From: Thermodesulfobacteriota bacterium
Lineage (GTDB): Bacteria > Desulfobacterota > Desulfobacteria > Desulfobacterales > SURF-7
Assembly: GCA_049320885.1 (NCBI GenBank)
Contig: JBMORA010000022.1
Location: 32,001-96,000, forward strand
Length of the DNA: 64,000 bases
Reading direction: 5' to 3'
A program made the translations under genes and the position numbers. The notes below the pieces were generated by a model, which was not told the origin of the DNA, made no database searches, and saw nothing but the letters and a program-made list of their open reading frames with translations. Positions 28,535 through 37,261 of this stretch are shown here, in pieces (the first letter of the stretch is position 1; each line of letters starts with the position of its first letter).

Positions 28535-30493
28535 ATGCTAGCGTATTTGGATCAGGGGAAGCGGCCTCTGTATAACAGCCGGATCATCGATACATACATT
28601 AAATTGATCAAGCGCAAGTACAGCTTCATCAACATATCGGATTTGCTGGAATATGCTCAGATGGAGCCCCACGAGGTGGCAGACCAGGGCCATTGGTTCA
28701 CCCAGGAGCAGATCAATTTGTTTTATGAACGCCTGGTGAAGTTGACCGGAACGGATGGCATCGCCCGGGAAGCGGGGCGTTTCGCGGTTTCTCCGGACGC
28801 CATCGGCGCCATGCGACAGTATATCCTCGGCATGATCGGTCCTGCAAAAGCCTATGAAATGATCGGGAAGGCTTCACAGAATTTTACGCGTTCCTCAATT
28901 TACTCGTCCCGCAAGCTTGCCGCCAACAAGGTGGAAATCAGTGTGAGCCAGAACGAGGGGGTGACGGAAAGAGCCTTTCAGTGTGAGAACCGGATGGGGT
29001 TTTTCGAAGCCCTGGCCATGGCCTTCACCAATAAATGGCCACGCATCGAACATCCGGAGTGCATGTTCCGCAACGGCCGGGTATGCCGGTATGTCATTAC
29101 CTGGGACAACCCGTTTTCCGCATCCTGGCGCAGGGTGATCAATTATATAGGGGTTGTTTTTTTCGGTCTTTGTCTTGCCTCGGGCCTCCTGGTCCCGGTG
29201 GAAAAGCTCCTGGCTGTTTATCCCCTGGCGCTGATCGGGGTTTTAACCATGGCCCTTCTGGCGCTGATCGGTGAGCGGCTGGAAAAAAACGAGTTGAAAA
29301 AAAGCATCAGCAACCTGAATGATTCCACGGACAAATTGCTGGAACAGATCGATATCAACTATAACCACGCACGCCTCATCAACGAGATCGGCCAGGCGAT
29401 CAGCAAACAGACCAATATCGAGGACGTACTCGCCAATGTGATTCAGATATCCGAGAAGCGGCTCGATTATGATCGGGGGCTGATCCTGATGGCCAACAAG
29501 GAAAAAACCCTGCTGAGTTTCCGCGCCGGATTCGGATATTCGGATGAGCAGCTGGAGTTTTTGAAAAAAACCAATTTCCATCTGGACCGTCCGGAATCCA
29601 GGGGGGTCTTTGTGGTCACGTTCCGGGAGCAGAAACCGTATTTGATAAACGATATCAATGCGATCGGAAAGACCTTGTCCCTGCGCAGCCTGGCGTTCGC
29701 CAAAAAACTCGGCAGTCAGTCTTTTATCTGCTGCCCCATCATCTGCGATGGAGAGCCCCTGGGCATTTTGGCGGTGGATAACCTCAAAACCAAGAGACCG
29801 CTGGTACAGAGCGACATGAACCTGCTCATGGGCATCGCCCCCATGATCGGCATCAGTATCCGCAACGCGGAGCTGTTGGATGCGCGGGTCAAGCAGATGC
29901 GCTCCATTTTACACGTCATGGCGGCGAGCATAGACGCGCGCGATCCGATGACCGCCGGTCATTCGGAAAAGGTGACCGAATATGCCATCGGCATCTGCAA
30001 CGAGCTGGGCCTGTCGAAGGATTATACCGAGGTGGTGGGAGTGGCGGCGTCGCTGCATGATTACGGTAAGATCGGCGTACCCGACTCCCTGCTGAAAAAA
30101 CAGGGCAGACTGACGGCGGAGGAATACGAAATCATCAAGACCCATGCCGCCAAAACCAGGGAAATCCTGACCCGTATTAATTTTGAAGGAATGCTGCGTC
30201 AGGTTCCGGATATCGCCGGCTGTCATCATGAAAAGCTGGATGGTAGTGGTTATCCCAATGGACTGAAAGGCGATGAGATTCCCCTCGGTGCCCAGATCAT
30301 CGCCGTGGCGGATTTTTTCGAGGCGATTACTTCCAATCGCCATTATCGGGCGCCGATGCCCATGGAGGAGGCTTTCCGGATGCTGAGACGGGAAGCGGAT
30401 CAGCATTTACAGAGCAAGATAGTGGAGGCTTTCATCCGCTATTTTATTCGGGAGAAAAATGAAAGACGGTTGCGCCTGGTTTCTTCCTTATAG
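28535..30493 (+). CDS. V4R/H-NOX-like sensor, 2TM, GAF, HD-GYP phosphodiesterase
   Basis: N-terminal C...HPEC...C motif, two TMs, GAF (ICCPII...GILAVDN), DARDPMTAGH, LHDYGK, HHEKLDGSGYP; ATG 28535 after AGGTG. Confidence 0.88.
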   Translation: MLAYLDQGKRPLYNSRIIDTYIKLIKRKYSFINISDLLEYAQMEPHEVADQGHWFTQEQINLFYERLVKLTGTDGIAREAGRFAVSPDAIGAMRQYILGMIGPAKAYEMIGKASQNFTRSSIYSSRKLAANKVEISVSQNEGVTERAFQCENRMGFFEALAMAFTNKWPRIEHPECMFRNGRVCRYVITWDNPFSASWRRVINYIGVVFFGLCLASGLLVPVEKLLAVYPLALIGVLTMALLALIGERLEKNELKKSISNLNDSTDKLLEQIDINYNHARLINEIGQAISKQTNIEDVLANVIQISEKRLDYDRGLILMANKEKTLLSFRAGFGYSDEQLEFLKKTNFHLDRPESRGVFVVTFREQKPYLINDINAIGKTLSLRSLAFAKKLGSQSFICCPIICDGEPLGILAVDNLKTKRPLVQSDMNLLMGIAPMIGISIRNAELLDARVKQMRSILHVMAASIDARDPMTAGHSEKVTEYAIGICNELGLSKDYTEVVGVAASLHDYGKIGVPDSLLKKQGRLTAEEYEIIKTHAAKTREILTRINFEGMLRQVPDIAGCHHEKLDGSGYPNGLKGDEIPLGAQIIAVADFFEAITSNRHYRAPMPMEEAFRMLRREADQHLQSKIVEAFIRYFIREKNERRLRLVSSL

Positions 30494-31321
30494 TTCCTGT
30501 CCTATCAGCGGTTTGTGCAGCGGTTTTTCACCCCGGCAGGAGATGATGGGGGTGTAGGTGAATCGTCGGGGATGGTGGAAGAAATTGGTGAACTCCTCAA
30601 AAAAATCATCGTATCCGCCTTCATACTCGCTGAAGGAATAACCCGAGTATTTTCCCGCCACCTCCACTTTTTTGGTCCAATTGAAAGCGTCCACCTGATT
30701 GAGTTCTCCGAAAATCAGATGGTGGGGGGCGAGATTGACATCAATGTTGGTAAAATCCATGTCATACAGAAAAGAATACAGTTTGATGCCCACATGGGGG
30801 TCGAAATCGGCTTGTTCCTGAAGGCAATTCATAATACCCCACAGCGATCGTTTCAGGCGGTCGGACAGGCCGAAATGATTCAGGCAGTTGTAATCCAGAT
30901 CAATCAGACATAGAATCCCGCCCGGCTTCAGGATTCTGGTGATGTTCGCCACAATTTGGGCGCTGGTGGAGCGGAAATATTCCAGAAAGAACCGGACCCA
31001 AATGAAATCGAAGGTCCCAAGATCGTCCAGGGAATCGTGAATATCGCGACAGACGTATTGAATGGTTTTGTGGGCGTATTGTTCCTTGGCGGTCCGGATC
31101 CGTTCCGGGGAAATATCAATTCCCACTGCCGCACCTCCCGGCTGGGCGACCTGGTTCAGCACATAGGTCGTCTTACCGTGTCCGCAGCCGATATCCGCCA
31201 CCCGCATTCCCGGCTTGAGGCCTGCCCATCTGGCCTGGGATATGGTTGTTTGATCATCGGTTTTAATTTCCAAACGGAGGGCTTCGTCCTTATTTTCCAT
31301 CAAATACGTGGGGTGAGACAT
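30488..31321 (-). CDS. class I SAM-dependent methyltransferase
   Basis: YLMENKDEALRL, VADIGCGHG, GIDIS, FDFIW, LKPGG. Confidence 0.9.
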   Translation of the reverse strand: MSHPTYLMENKDEALRLEIKTDDQTTISQARWAGLKPGMRVADIGCGHGKTTYVLNQVAQPGGAAVGIDISPERIRTAKEQYAHKTIQYVCRDIHDSLDDLGTFDFIWVRFFLEYFRSTSAQIVANITRILKPGGILCLIDLDYNCLNHFGLSDRLKRSLWGIMNCLQEQADFDPHVGIKLYSFLYDMDFTNIDVNLAPHHLIFGELNQVDAFNWTKKVEVAGKYSGYSFSEYEGGYDDFFEEFTNFFHHPRRFTYTPIISCRGEKPLHKPLIGQEL

Positions 31322-31590
31322 AACAATCCTCTAACCGGGTGCGACGGAGTATGGAAAACCGTGTGTGCCCGTATACCAAAGCGTTGGGTTCAAGTCAATG
31401 TTCAATTGGGAACCGGGGAAAACGGCGGATTCGTAAGGGGCATCGGTCCGGGAATTCGGTCATTTTCGGGTCTGTCGTGCCGATGTTGGCCTGTAAACAT
31501 GCCTTGACTTGTGGTTCATGGAAATGATACTCTGTACCAAATCGATTGGGCCGGTACCACCGGACATGTGAATCACAAAAGGCCAGGAAG

Positions 31591-32025
31591 ATGATACGAA
31601 TAGGTTCTCCCGCTCCAGATGGCAAAGAGATGGATCCCGCCGCCATTTTCATTGCGAAACTCCAGTTGCTGATCATCATGTCAAAGGCGTTCATGAAAGG
31701 ATTCCCCCTGGGGAAATTCCGGCGGGAGGCGATCCTGAAAAATTCAGAAGATGTTTTTTACGCCTCGCTTCAGATGGAGGGGAAGGCTTTGACGGAAAAA
31801 ACCCAGGGCTCGAAGGCAAAACCGGATACCGACGGGGGAATGGACCGGTCGCACCTGTTCCTTCAGCGGGTGCAGTTGTTATGCGCCATGACCCGGGCCA
31901 TCGCCGAGGATCGTCTGGAGGGTGAATACAAAGTCAAGGCCCTCGAGGAAAACCTGGAGCATCTGTGCAAGGCCATCACCTTCAACGGTCAGGACAGCGA
32001 CATCCAGTTCCTCAAAGTCGCATAA
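31591..32025 (+). CDS. hypothetical helical protein with internal 70-aa duplication
   Basis: 144 aa ORF after AGGAAG; two aligned F-x4-QLL-x2-M-x2-A-x7-G-x5-A-x3-N units. Confidence 0.75.
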   Translation: MIRIGSPAPDGKEMDPAAIFIAKLQLLIIMSKAFMKGFPLGKFRREAILKNSEDVFYASLQMEGKALTEKTQGSKAKPDTDGGMDRSHLFLQRVQLLCAMTRAIAEDRLEGEYKVKALEENLEHLCKAITFNGQDSDIQFLKVA

Positions 32026-32069
32026 CACTTGCGGAAATCCCGCCCCGCCTCAATGCGAACCAGCCGGCA

Positions 32070-34136
32070 TCAGGTCTGTGAACTTCGGAGTTTATTCAAC
32101 TCTTCGATAAATTGAAAATATTGGTCCGAGTAATCGGTGTTCAGCAGCCAGAGACAGTACTGCTTTTCGTAAGGAATCGACTGCTCTTCGGCAAACCGGA
32201 CAGGATAAAGCAATAGGGGAATTCTATTCTGCCGATACAGTTCGGCCAGCCGGGCGACCGCGGACAGCAGAATTTCTCTGGGCACGTTCTGCCCATCCAT
32301 GACAATGGCGGTGAGACAACTGGTGAGATCCGACAGGTTCAAGGCCACGTCCGTGATGTTGGCAATGATGACCGCCCGCAACTGGTTCTGATATTTCAAT
32401 GAAAACAGACGCCGCTCCCGCTTCAGGCCTGCCTGATGATATGCCTCGGACAGATCATGGCGGTCGCCGAGTCCCGGCGTCAGATCAAGCCCCCTGATCA
32501 TCAGCCCGCCGGAAACCGACCGATAGAAACAATCCAATTCCAGAAGATCATCCCGGGTGGTTTTATCCAATTTCCAGGGGCTGGGGAGATCCGGCCAAGG
32601 TTTTTTTGTTTTTCGGAAGTGACCATAGGTGAACAGATCCAGCGAACATCCGTCGGGGTCCTTGATATGGCGGGCCGCGCCGCCGAAAACATGCTGGGGG
32701 AATTGATTGTCGGGCCGGAAGTAGCACATGAGATAATCCATGTGACTGGAATGCAGGCGGTGAGACTCGAAGGTGAACTGTCCGACCTGGTCAAGGACCA
32801 CCAGCCCCGCCCGGAGCAGGGAAGTGCTGCGGGCCGCATGATGATGAATCAGCCAGGTCTTCTCATAAAAGCGGAGCATGGACATATGGCCGCGGATCAC
32901 CCCGTTTTCCTGGTAAATAAAATGTCGGGCGATGCCGGGATTCCGGATATACAGTTTCTGGTAGGCATCCTTGATGTTCTCTTTTTCCGGCCTCAGAAAG
33001 ACGTATTTCTTCGGATAAATGAACCCTGTATCAAAGAAGAACCGCCACAGATCATCCATGTCGACCTGATTGCAGACATATGCATTCCGGTTTTCCACCT
33101 GATGAAGCAGGGCCAGCAGTTTGAGATGATCGTCAAAATGAATGTCGAGAAACGCCAGGCCGCATTTAATGCCTTCCATTGCCCCGCCCTCGCCGGAAAC
33201 GGTTTTGCGGTAAACAACCTGGGCCTTTGCATGGATTGTCAAGCTGTTTGCAAAATTCAGCTCCAGATCGGGGATGACCATACCGGCGATCAGGACGGGA
33301 TTGTTGCGATCATCCTGCACGGAAAAACCCGAGCCCGCCAGATCGAGCACTTTCAATGTCGTTCTTTTGTGGGTAAAGGGATGTGAAAAGATCATGTCGG
33401 GGGACGGGGTCAGCTGGAATCTCCGGCTGCGGTATTCCTTGGGTTTGTACCGCTGGATCACCTGCTGGAGCGGCTCCAGAATAAAAGTGCCGTCGGTTCC
33501 CTCGACGGTTTGACGGGTGATGCGGCATTCGCCGGAATACAAATGGCCTTGACCATTTTGAATGATGACATTGACTTTTGTCTTGGGATTGATCCATTGA
33601 AAGGTTTTCATCGGCTCCGCGCTTAGATGCAGCTTGAAGGAATTCGCGCTGAAGTCGACAAGTCCGCCGCTATAGGAGACGCCGTTCTGAAGCAGTTGAA
33701 CGGTTACGTCATCACAGGCGTAGCGGTTGATTTTCCGGACATTGGTTTCAATGGCGCTTTCCGGTACGGGAAGGCAGATCCCCTTGCGGGTGATCCCCCG
33801 GGGCTGGGCTTCCATGGCGATCATCTTCCTGCCGTTGGTGATCACCAGGTTGTGAAAGCGGTAGGTTTCCAGGATGGTTTCCATTCGACCGAGATCGCTC
33901 CAGCGGCAGACAAGATAACCGCCCGTGCATGGCTGCGGGACGGCTTTCACGGTGACGGTGAGGTCGAATTTCGGATGGACAAAATTGATCAGAACTTCCC
34001 CATCCTGGAAATTGATGAAGTTCAGGCGATTGATCAGGGTGGTCCGGGAGATGGTTTTTTCGGCGATGTCCGCGGCCGTCGCTGTTGGCGCGTCGCTTTC
34101 CTTCTGCTGCTCGGAATCCCGTTCACGATAGTCCAT
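32070..34136 (-). CDS. tandem PilZ-domain protein with C-terminal putative GNAT-like domain
   Basis: RKINR...DFSANS and RSRR...DLAGSG PilZ-like motifs, CGLAF closing strand; C-terminal about 330 aa with GHMSMLRFYEKTWLIHHHAA. Confidence 0.75.
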   Translation of the reverse strand: MDYRERDSEQQKESDAPTATAADIAEKTISRTTLINRLNFINFQDGEVLINFVHPKFDLTVTVKAVPQPCTGGYLVCRWSDLGRMETILETYRFHNLVITNGRKMIAMEAQPRGITRKGICLPVPESAIETNVRKINRYACDDVTVQLLQNGVSYSGGLVDFSANSFKLHLSAEPMKTFQWINPKTKVNVIIQNGQGHLYSGECRITRQTVEGTDGTFILEPLQQVIQRYKPKEYRSRRFQLTPSPDMIFSHPFTHKRTTLKVLDLAGSGFSVQDDRNNPVLIAGMVIPDLELNFANSLTIHAKAQVVYRKTVSGEGGAMEGIKCGLAFLDIHFDDHLKLLALLHQVENRNAYVCNQVDMDDLWRFFFDTGFIYPKKYVFLRPEKENIKDAYQKLYIRNPGIARHFIYQENGVIRGHMSMLRFYEKTWLIHHHAARSTSLLRAGLVVLDQVGQFTFESHRLHSSHMDYLMCYFRPDNQFPQHVFGGAARHIKDPDGCSLDLFTYGHFRKTKKPWPDLPSPWKLDKTTRDDLLELDCFYRSVSGGLMIRGLDLTPGLGDRHDLSEAYHQAGLKRERRLFSLKYQNQLRAVIIANITDVALNLSDLTSCLTAIVMDGQNVPREILLSAVARLAELYRQNRIPLLLYPVRFAEEQSIPYEKQYCLWLLNTDYSDQYFQFIEELNKLRSSQT

Positions 34137-34500
34137 GGATTATCTCCGCGGCGAATTGCCGCATACCGGGTTCCGAGCCGAGGGCAGGACGCTGATCCGG
34201 AAGGCAACCAAGGGGATCAATGGTATGAATGGAAACAGCCATGGTGCAAATGAGGTACATTCTCTAGTTCCACCATCCAAGGTTGCCAATAGCCTATTAA
34301 ACCACTATATATTGAGCCCTACGTAGTACGGAATGTCTTGGCTGTCAATGCCAAAGCGTACCATCTGGTTTCCTATGCAAATCTCATGCAAGACGATATA
34401 TAATAAAAAACTGATACAAATTAAATAGTTAAAATTATATGTGGCATATCTGCCCTTCCGATTGTGAAAGGAACTACCCAGATGGTAGGTGGTATGAGAG

Positions 34501-36237
34501 CTATCGCGGGGGCGAGTGCCGACGAAAGTGTGGTTTCTGCCGGGATTTTGTCCGGGGTCCTAGGAGAATTTCCTTCTGGGATTGTTTCCGGGCGCTGTTT
34601 TTTTCCACGAAAAGGGGTTCCCCGCTGAAGGGGTCCATTTCGGTGTGGTACATCAGGCTGGAGAAGGTGGATGGGGCGGGGGTGAAGATTTGGATCTGTT
34701 CCGGATGAATCTTCAGTTCCTGGCTGGAAAAACACTGCAAACGCCGCATATCCTGCGCCCGGCAGCCGGGGTGGGCCGCCATCAGGTAATATGTCAGAAA
34801 CTGGGATTTGGCGGCGAGGCGATTCAGGTTGACGAAGCGTTTTCTGAATTCCACCAGTTTTTCGATCTCCGGCTTGCCCATCAGGCTCAGGACATTCCTT
34901 TCCGAGTGCTCGGGGGCCACCTTGAGCTGCCCGGAAATATGATGCCGGACAATTTCGCGCAGATAGGTGTCGCCATTGCTTCTGTCCGCGATGACAAGAT
35001 CATGGCGGAGACCCGATGCCACGAAAACCTGCTTGATGTTCGGTATGCTTCGCAGGTTGTTCAGCAAATCCAGCTGTTTTTTATGATCAACGCGCAGGTG
35101 GGGACAGATGTCCGGATACAGACATCTTCTGTCGCGGCAACTACCCCGGGTCTTTTTCAGGGAGCATTCGATTCCATACATGTTGGCCGTGGGGCCGCCA
35201 ATATCCAGAATCCGGCCCCTGAAGTCCGGTAACTTGGTCAGGAGGCGCGCCTCGGTCAGAATGGACTCCGGGCTTCTCCAGCGGACCGTCCTGCCCTGAT
35301 GGACGGCGATGGCGCAGAAATTACATTCCCCATAGCATCCCTGGTGGGTTGGGATTGAGAAGCGGATGGTTTCAATGGCTTTTACGGTCCCCTGGCTACG
35401 ATGAGACGGATGGGCGTCCCGCTCAAACTCCAGGTCGTAACCGGCATCGAGTTCCTCCCGGGTAAGATAGGCGGCGGGAGGGTTTTGGATCAGATAGCGG
35501 TTGTCCTGGCGCTGGCAAAGACCTTTTGCCGTCAGGGGGTCGCTATTGGCGTAAAAGGTTTTGAACATGTCGATGAAGGCCTGTTTATCCATGGCCGTTT
35601 GCTCGAAGGAAGGCAGCTCGATATAATCATGGCGTTTTTCCCTGGAAATGCGACAGATGCCCGGAAGATGATCCGGCGCACTGCCGGATCGAATTCCGCG
35701 GGCAAGGTCCAGGACGGTTTTCTCGCCCATGCCGTAAACCAGATAGTCGGCCTTGGCGTCGAACAGAATCGATCGCCGGACTTCATTGGACCAGAAGTCA
35801 TAGTGCGCCAGCCGGCGCAGGCTGGCTTCGATGCCGCCGAGCACGATGGGTTTGGTGTTCTTGAAGTAGCGGCGGATGAGATTCGAATAGACGATGACGG
35901 CCCTGTCCGGCCTTTTTCCATTCAAGCCGCCGGGAGTGTAATCGTCGGTTTTCCTGAATTTCCTGCCGGCGGTATAATTGGCGACCATGGAATCCACGCT
36001 GCCGCCGGATACCCCCCAGAACAGTTCCGGCTCTCCCAGGCGGCGGATGTCTTTGTCGGAATGAATGTCCGGCTGGGGAATGACGCCGACACGGAAACCG
36101 GCATTCAGCAGGATCTTGCCGATCACCGCGACGCCGATATAGGGGCTGTCTATATAGGCGTCGCCGGTGACCAGGATGATATCCGGAACCCGCCAGCCCA
36201 AAGCCTGCATTTCCTCGCGGGAGGTCGGCAGGAACAT
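34501..36237 (-). CDS. ygiQ: YgiQ-family radical SAM protein
   Basis: MFLPTSREEM, LVTGDAYIDSP, GGIEASLRR, GCYGECNFC, DIGGPTANMY, LKVAPEH. Confidence 0.93.
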   Translation of the reverse strand: MFLPTSREEMQALGWRVPDIILVTGDAYIDSPYIGVAVIGKILLNAGFRVGVIPQPDIHSDKDIRRLGEPELFWGVSGGSVDSMVANYTAGRKFRKTDDYTPGGLNGKRPDRAVIVYSNLIRRYFKNTKPIVLGGIEASLRRLAHYDFWSNEVRRSILFDAKADYLVYGMGEKTVLDLARGIRSGSAPDHLPGICRISREKRHDYIELPSFEQTAMDKQAFIDMFKTFYANSDPLTAKGLCQRQDNRYLIQNPPAAYLTREELDAGYDLEFERDAHPSHRSQGTVKAIETIRFSIPTHQGCYGECNFCAIAVHQGRTVRWRSPESILTEARLLTKLPDFRGRILDIGGPTANMYGIECSLKKTRGSCRDRRCLYPDICPHLRVDHKKQLDLLNNLRSIPNIKQVFVASGLRHDLVIADRSNGDTYLREIVRHHISGQLKVAPEHSERNVLSLMGKPEIEKLVEFRKRFVNLNRLAAKSQFLTYYLMAAHPGCRAQDMRRLQCFSSQELKIHPEQIQIFTPAPSTFSSLMYHTEMDPFSGEPLFVEKNSARKQSQKEILLGPRTKSRQKPHFRRHSPPR

Positions 36238-36243
36238 GGGCGG

Positions 36244-36948
36244 CTACTCTTCTTCGTCGGTATCGTCAGCCCCATGCCCATCCCCTGAAGAAATCTCGGC
36301 GGCGTCCTCCGCCTTCCGGCTCACGGATTCGGGGTCGCCGAAATAGGTGATGGATGAGGCGCCGTCCGCCACCGCTTCCAGTTTTCGGATTGCGTGCACG
36401 GTCGCTTCGCTGGCTTCCAGGACTTTTATTTGTACGGTTTCCGCCAGCAGCTGCCGGGCCTTCAACTCCGTGCTGCCGGATAACGAGACTTGGAAAAGTC
36501 CGGTTTTCCCGCTGACGGATATATCGCTTGCGCCTTCGGCTGTCAGATTGAATCGGCGGTTGGCGATGCCGGTGATGACCATGTCCGTGGAACCGCCGAC
36601 CTCAACCTGCTGGATATCCGGCAGGGTGACGGTCACCAGAAGATCGGATTTTGTGCAGATGGATCGATTCGTATCGATTGTCAGGACAGCTGCATCGACC
36701 CGGGTGGTGATGAAAGGCAGCAGGTTGGAATCGGCCGTGACCTTGACGGACTGCGGTTTCCCGCAGGTAATGCGAAGGTCGAAGGCGCCGTCGATGGCGA
36801 TTCCGGTGAAGGATGGCAGATTTCTTGTTTCGCTGCTGATTTTCCCGTTTCCTTCCGTGCAGCCGGAAGTGGCTCCCGATGCGGGGGCGGCAGCGAGGAT
36901 AAGCATCAGGACAAGCAGCAGGCCTTCAAGCGGTCGATGATTTTTCAT
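36244..36948 (-). CDS. DUF2807 (head GIN domain) exported protein
   Basis: Signal peptide, GNGKISSETRNL, ADSNLLPFI, repeated G(S/A)S beta-helix units, ITYFGDP. Confidence 0.85.
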   Translation of the reverse strand: MKNHRPLEGLLLVLMLILAAAPASGATSGCTEGNGKISSETRNLPSFTGIAIDGAFDLRITCGKPQSVKVTADSNLLPFITTRVDAAVLTIDTNRSICTKSDLLVTVTLPDIQQVEVGGSTDMVITGIANRRFNLTAEGASDISVSGKTGLFQVSLSGSTELKARQLLAETVQIKVLEASEATVHAIRKLEAVADGASSITYFGDPESVSRKAEDAAEISSGDGHGADDTDEEE

Positions 36949-36994
36949 GGATTCTCCTTATTTCTCAAAGCGATTTTCCTTCATACCATGGCGG

Positions 36995-37011
36995 TTGGAA
37001 CGCGATTTGCG
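36995..37011 (+). promoter_or_regulatory. putative sigma-54 -24/-12 promoter
   Basis: TTGGAACGCGATTTGCG, GG-N10-GC with TGGaAC-N5-TTGC. Confidence 0.5.
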
Positions 37012-37261
37012 GAAACAGCGCAGCAAGTGAGCCAGCATACCCATTCCGCTGGAGATTTCCAAGAGATTTTTCCGTCTGTGGAAAGCCTTGTCCATGCGGG
37101 GCTGATGAATTCCGGCGGGACATGACCGGGGCGCTGTCCCCGGTGAAATCCGATCAGGCTATGGCCTCTTTTGCCTTGACTTGTCAGCCGGGTCGGGTAC
37201 ATATATTCCTGCATCCGGCTTTTGGTGAAGGGAAACTGACTATGCGGGAGAAAAGGGGCGC

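Noticed and set aside
31486..31503. TTGGCCTGTAAACATGCC as sigma-54 promoter for the hypothetical gene
   Set aside because: GG to GC spacing is 11, not 10.
34375..34392. Sigma-54-like TTGCATGAGATTTGCAT on the minus strand upstream of the PilZ gene
   Set aside because: Lacks the near-invariant GG at -24.
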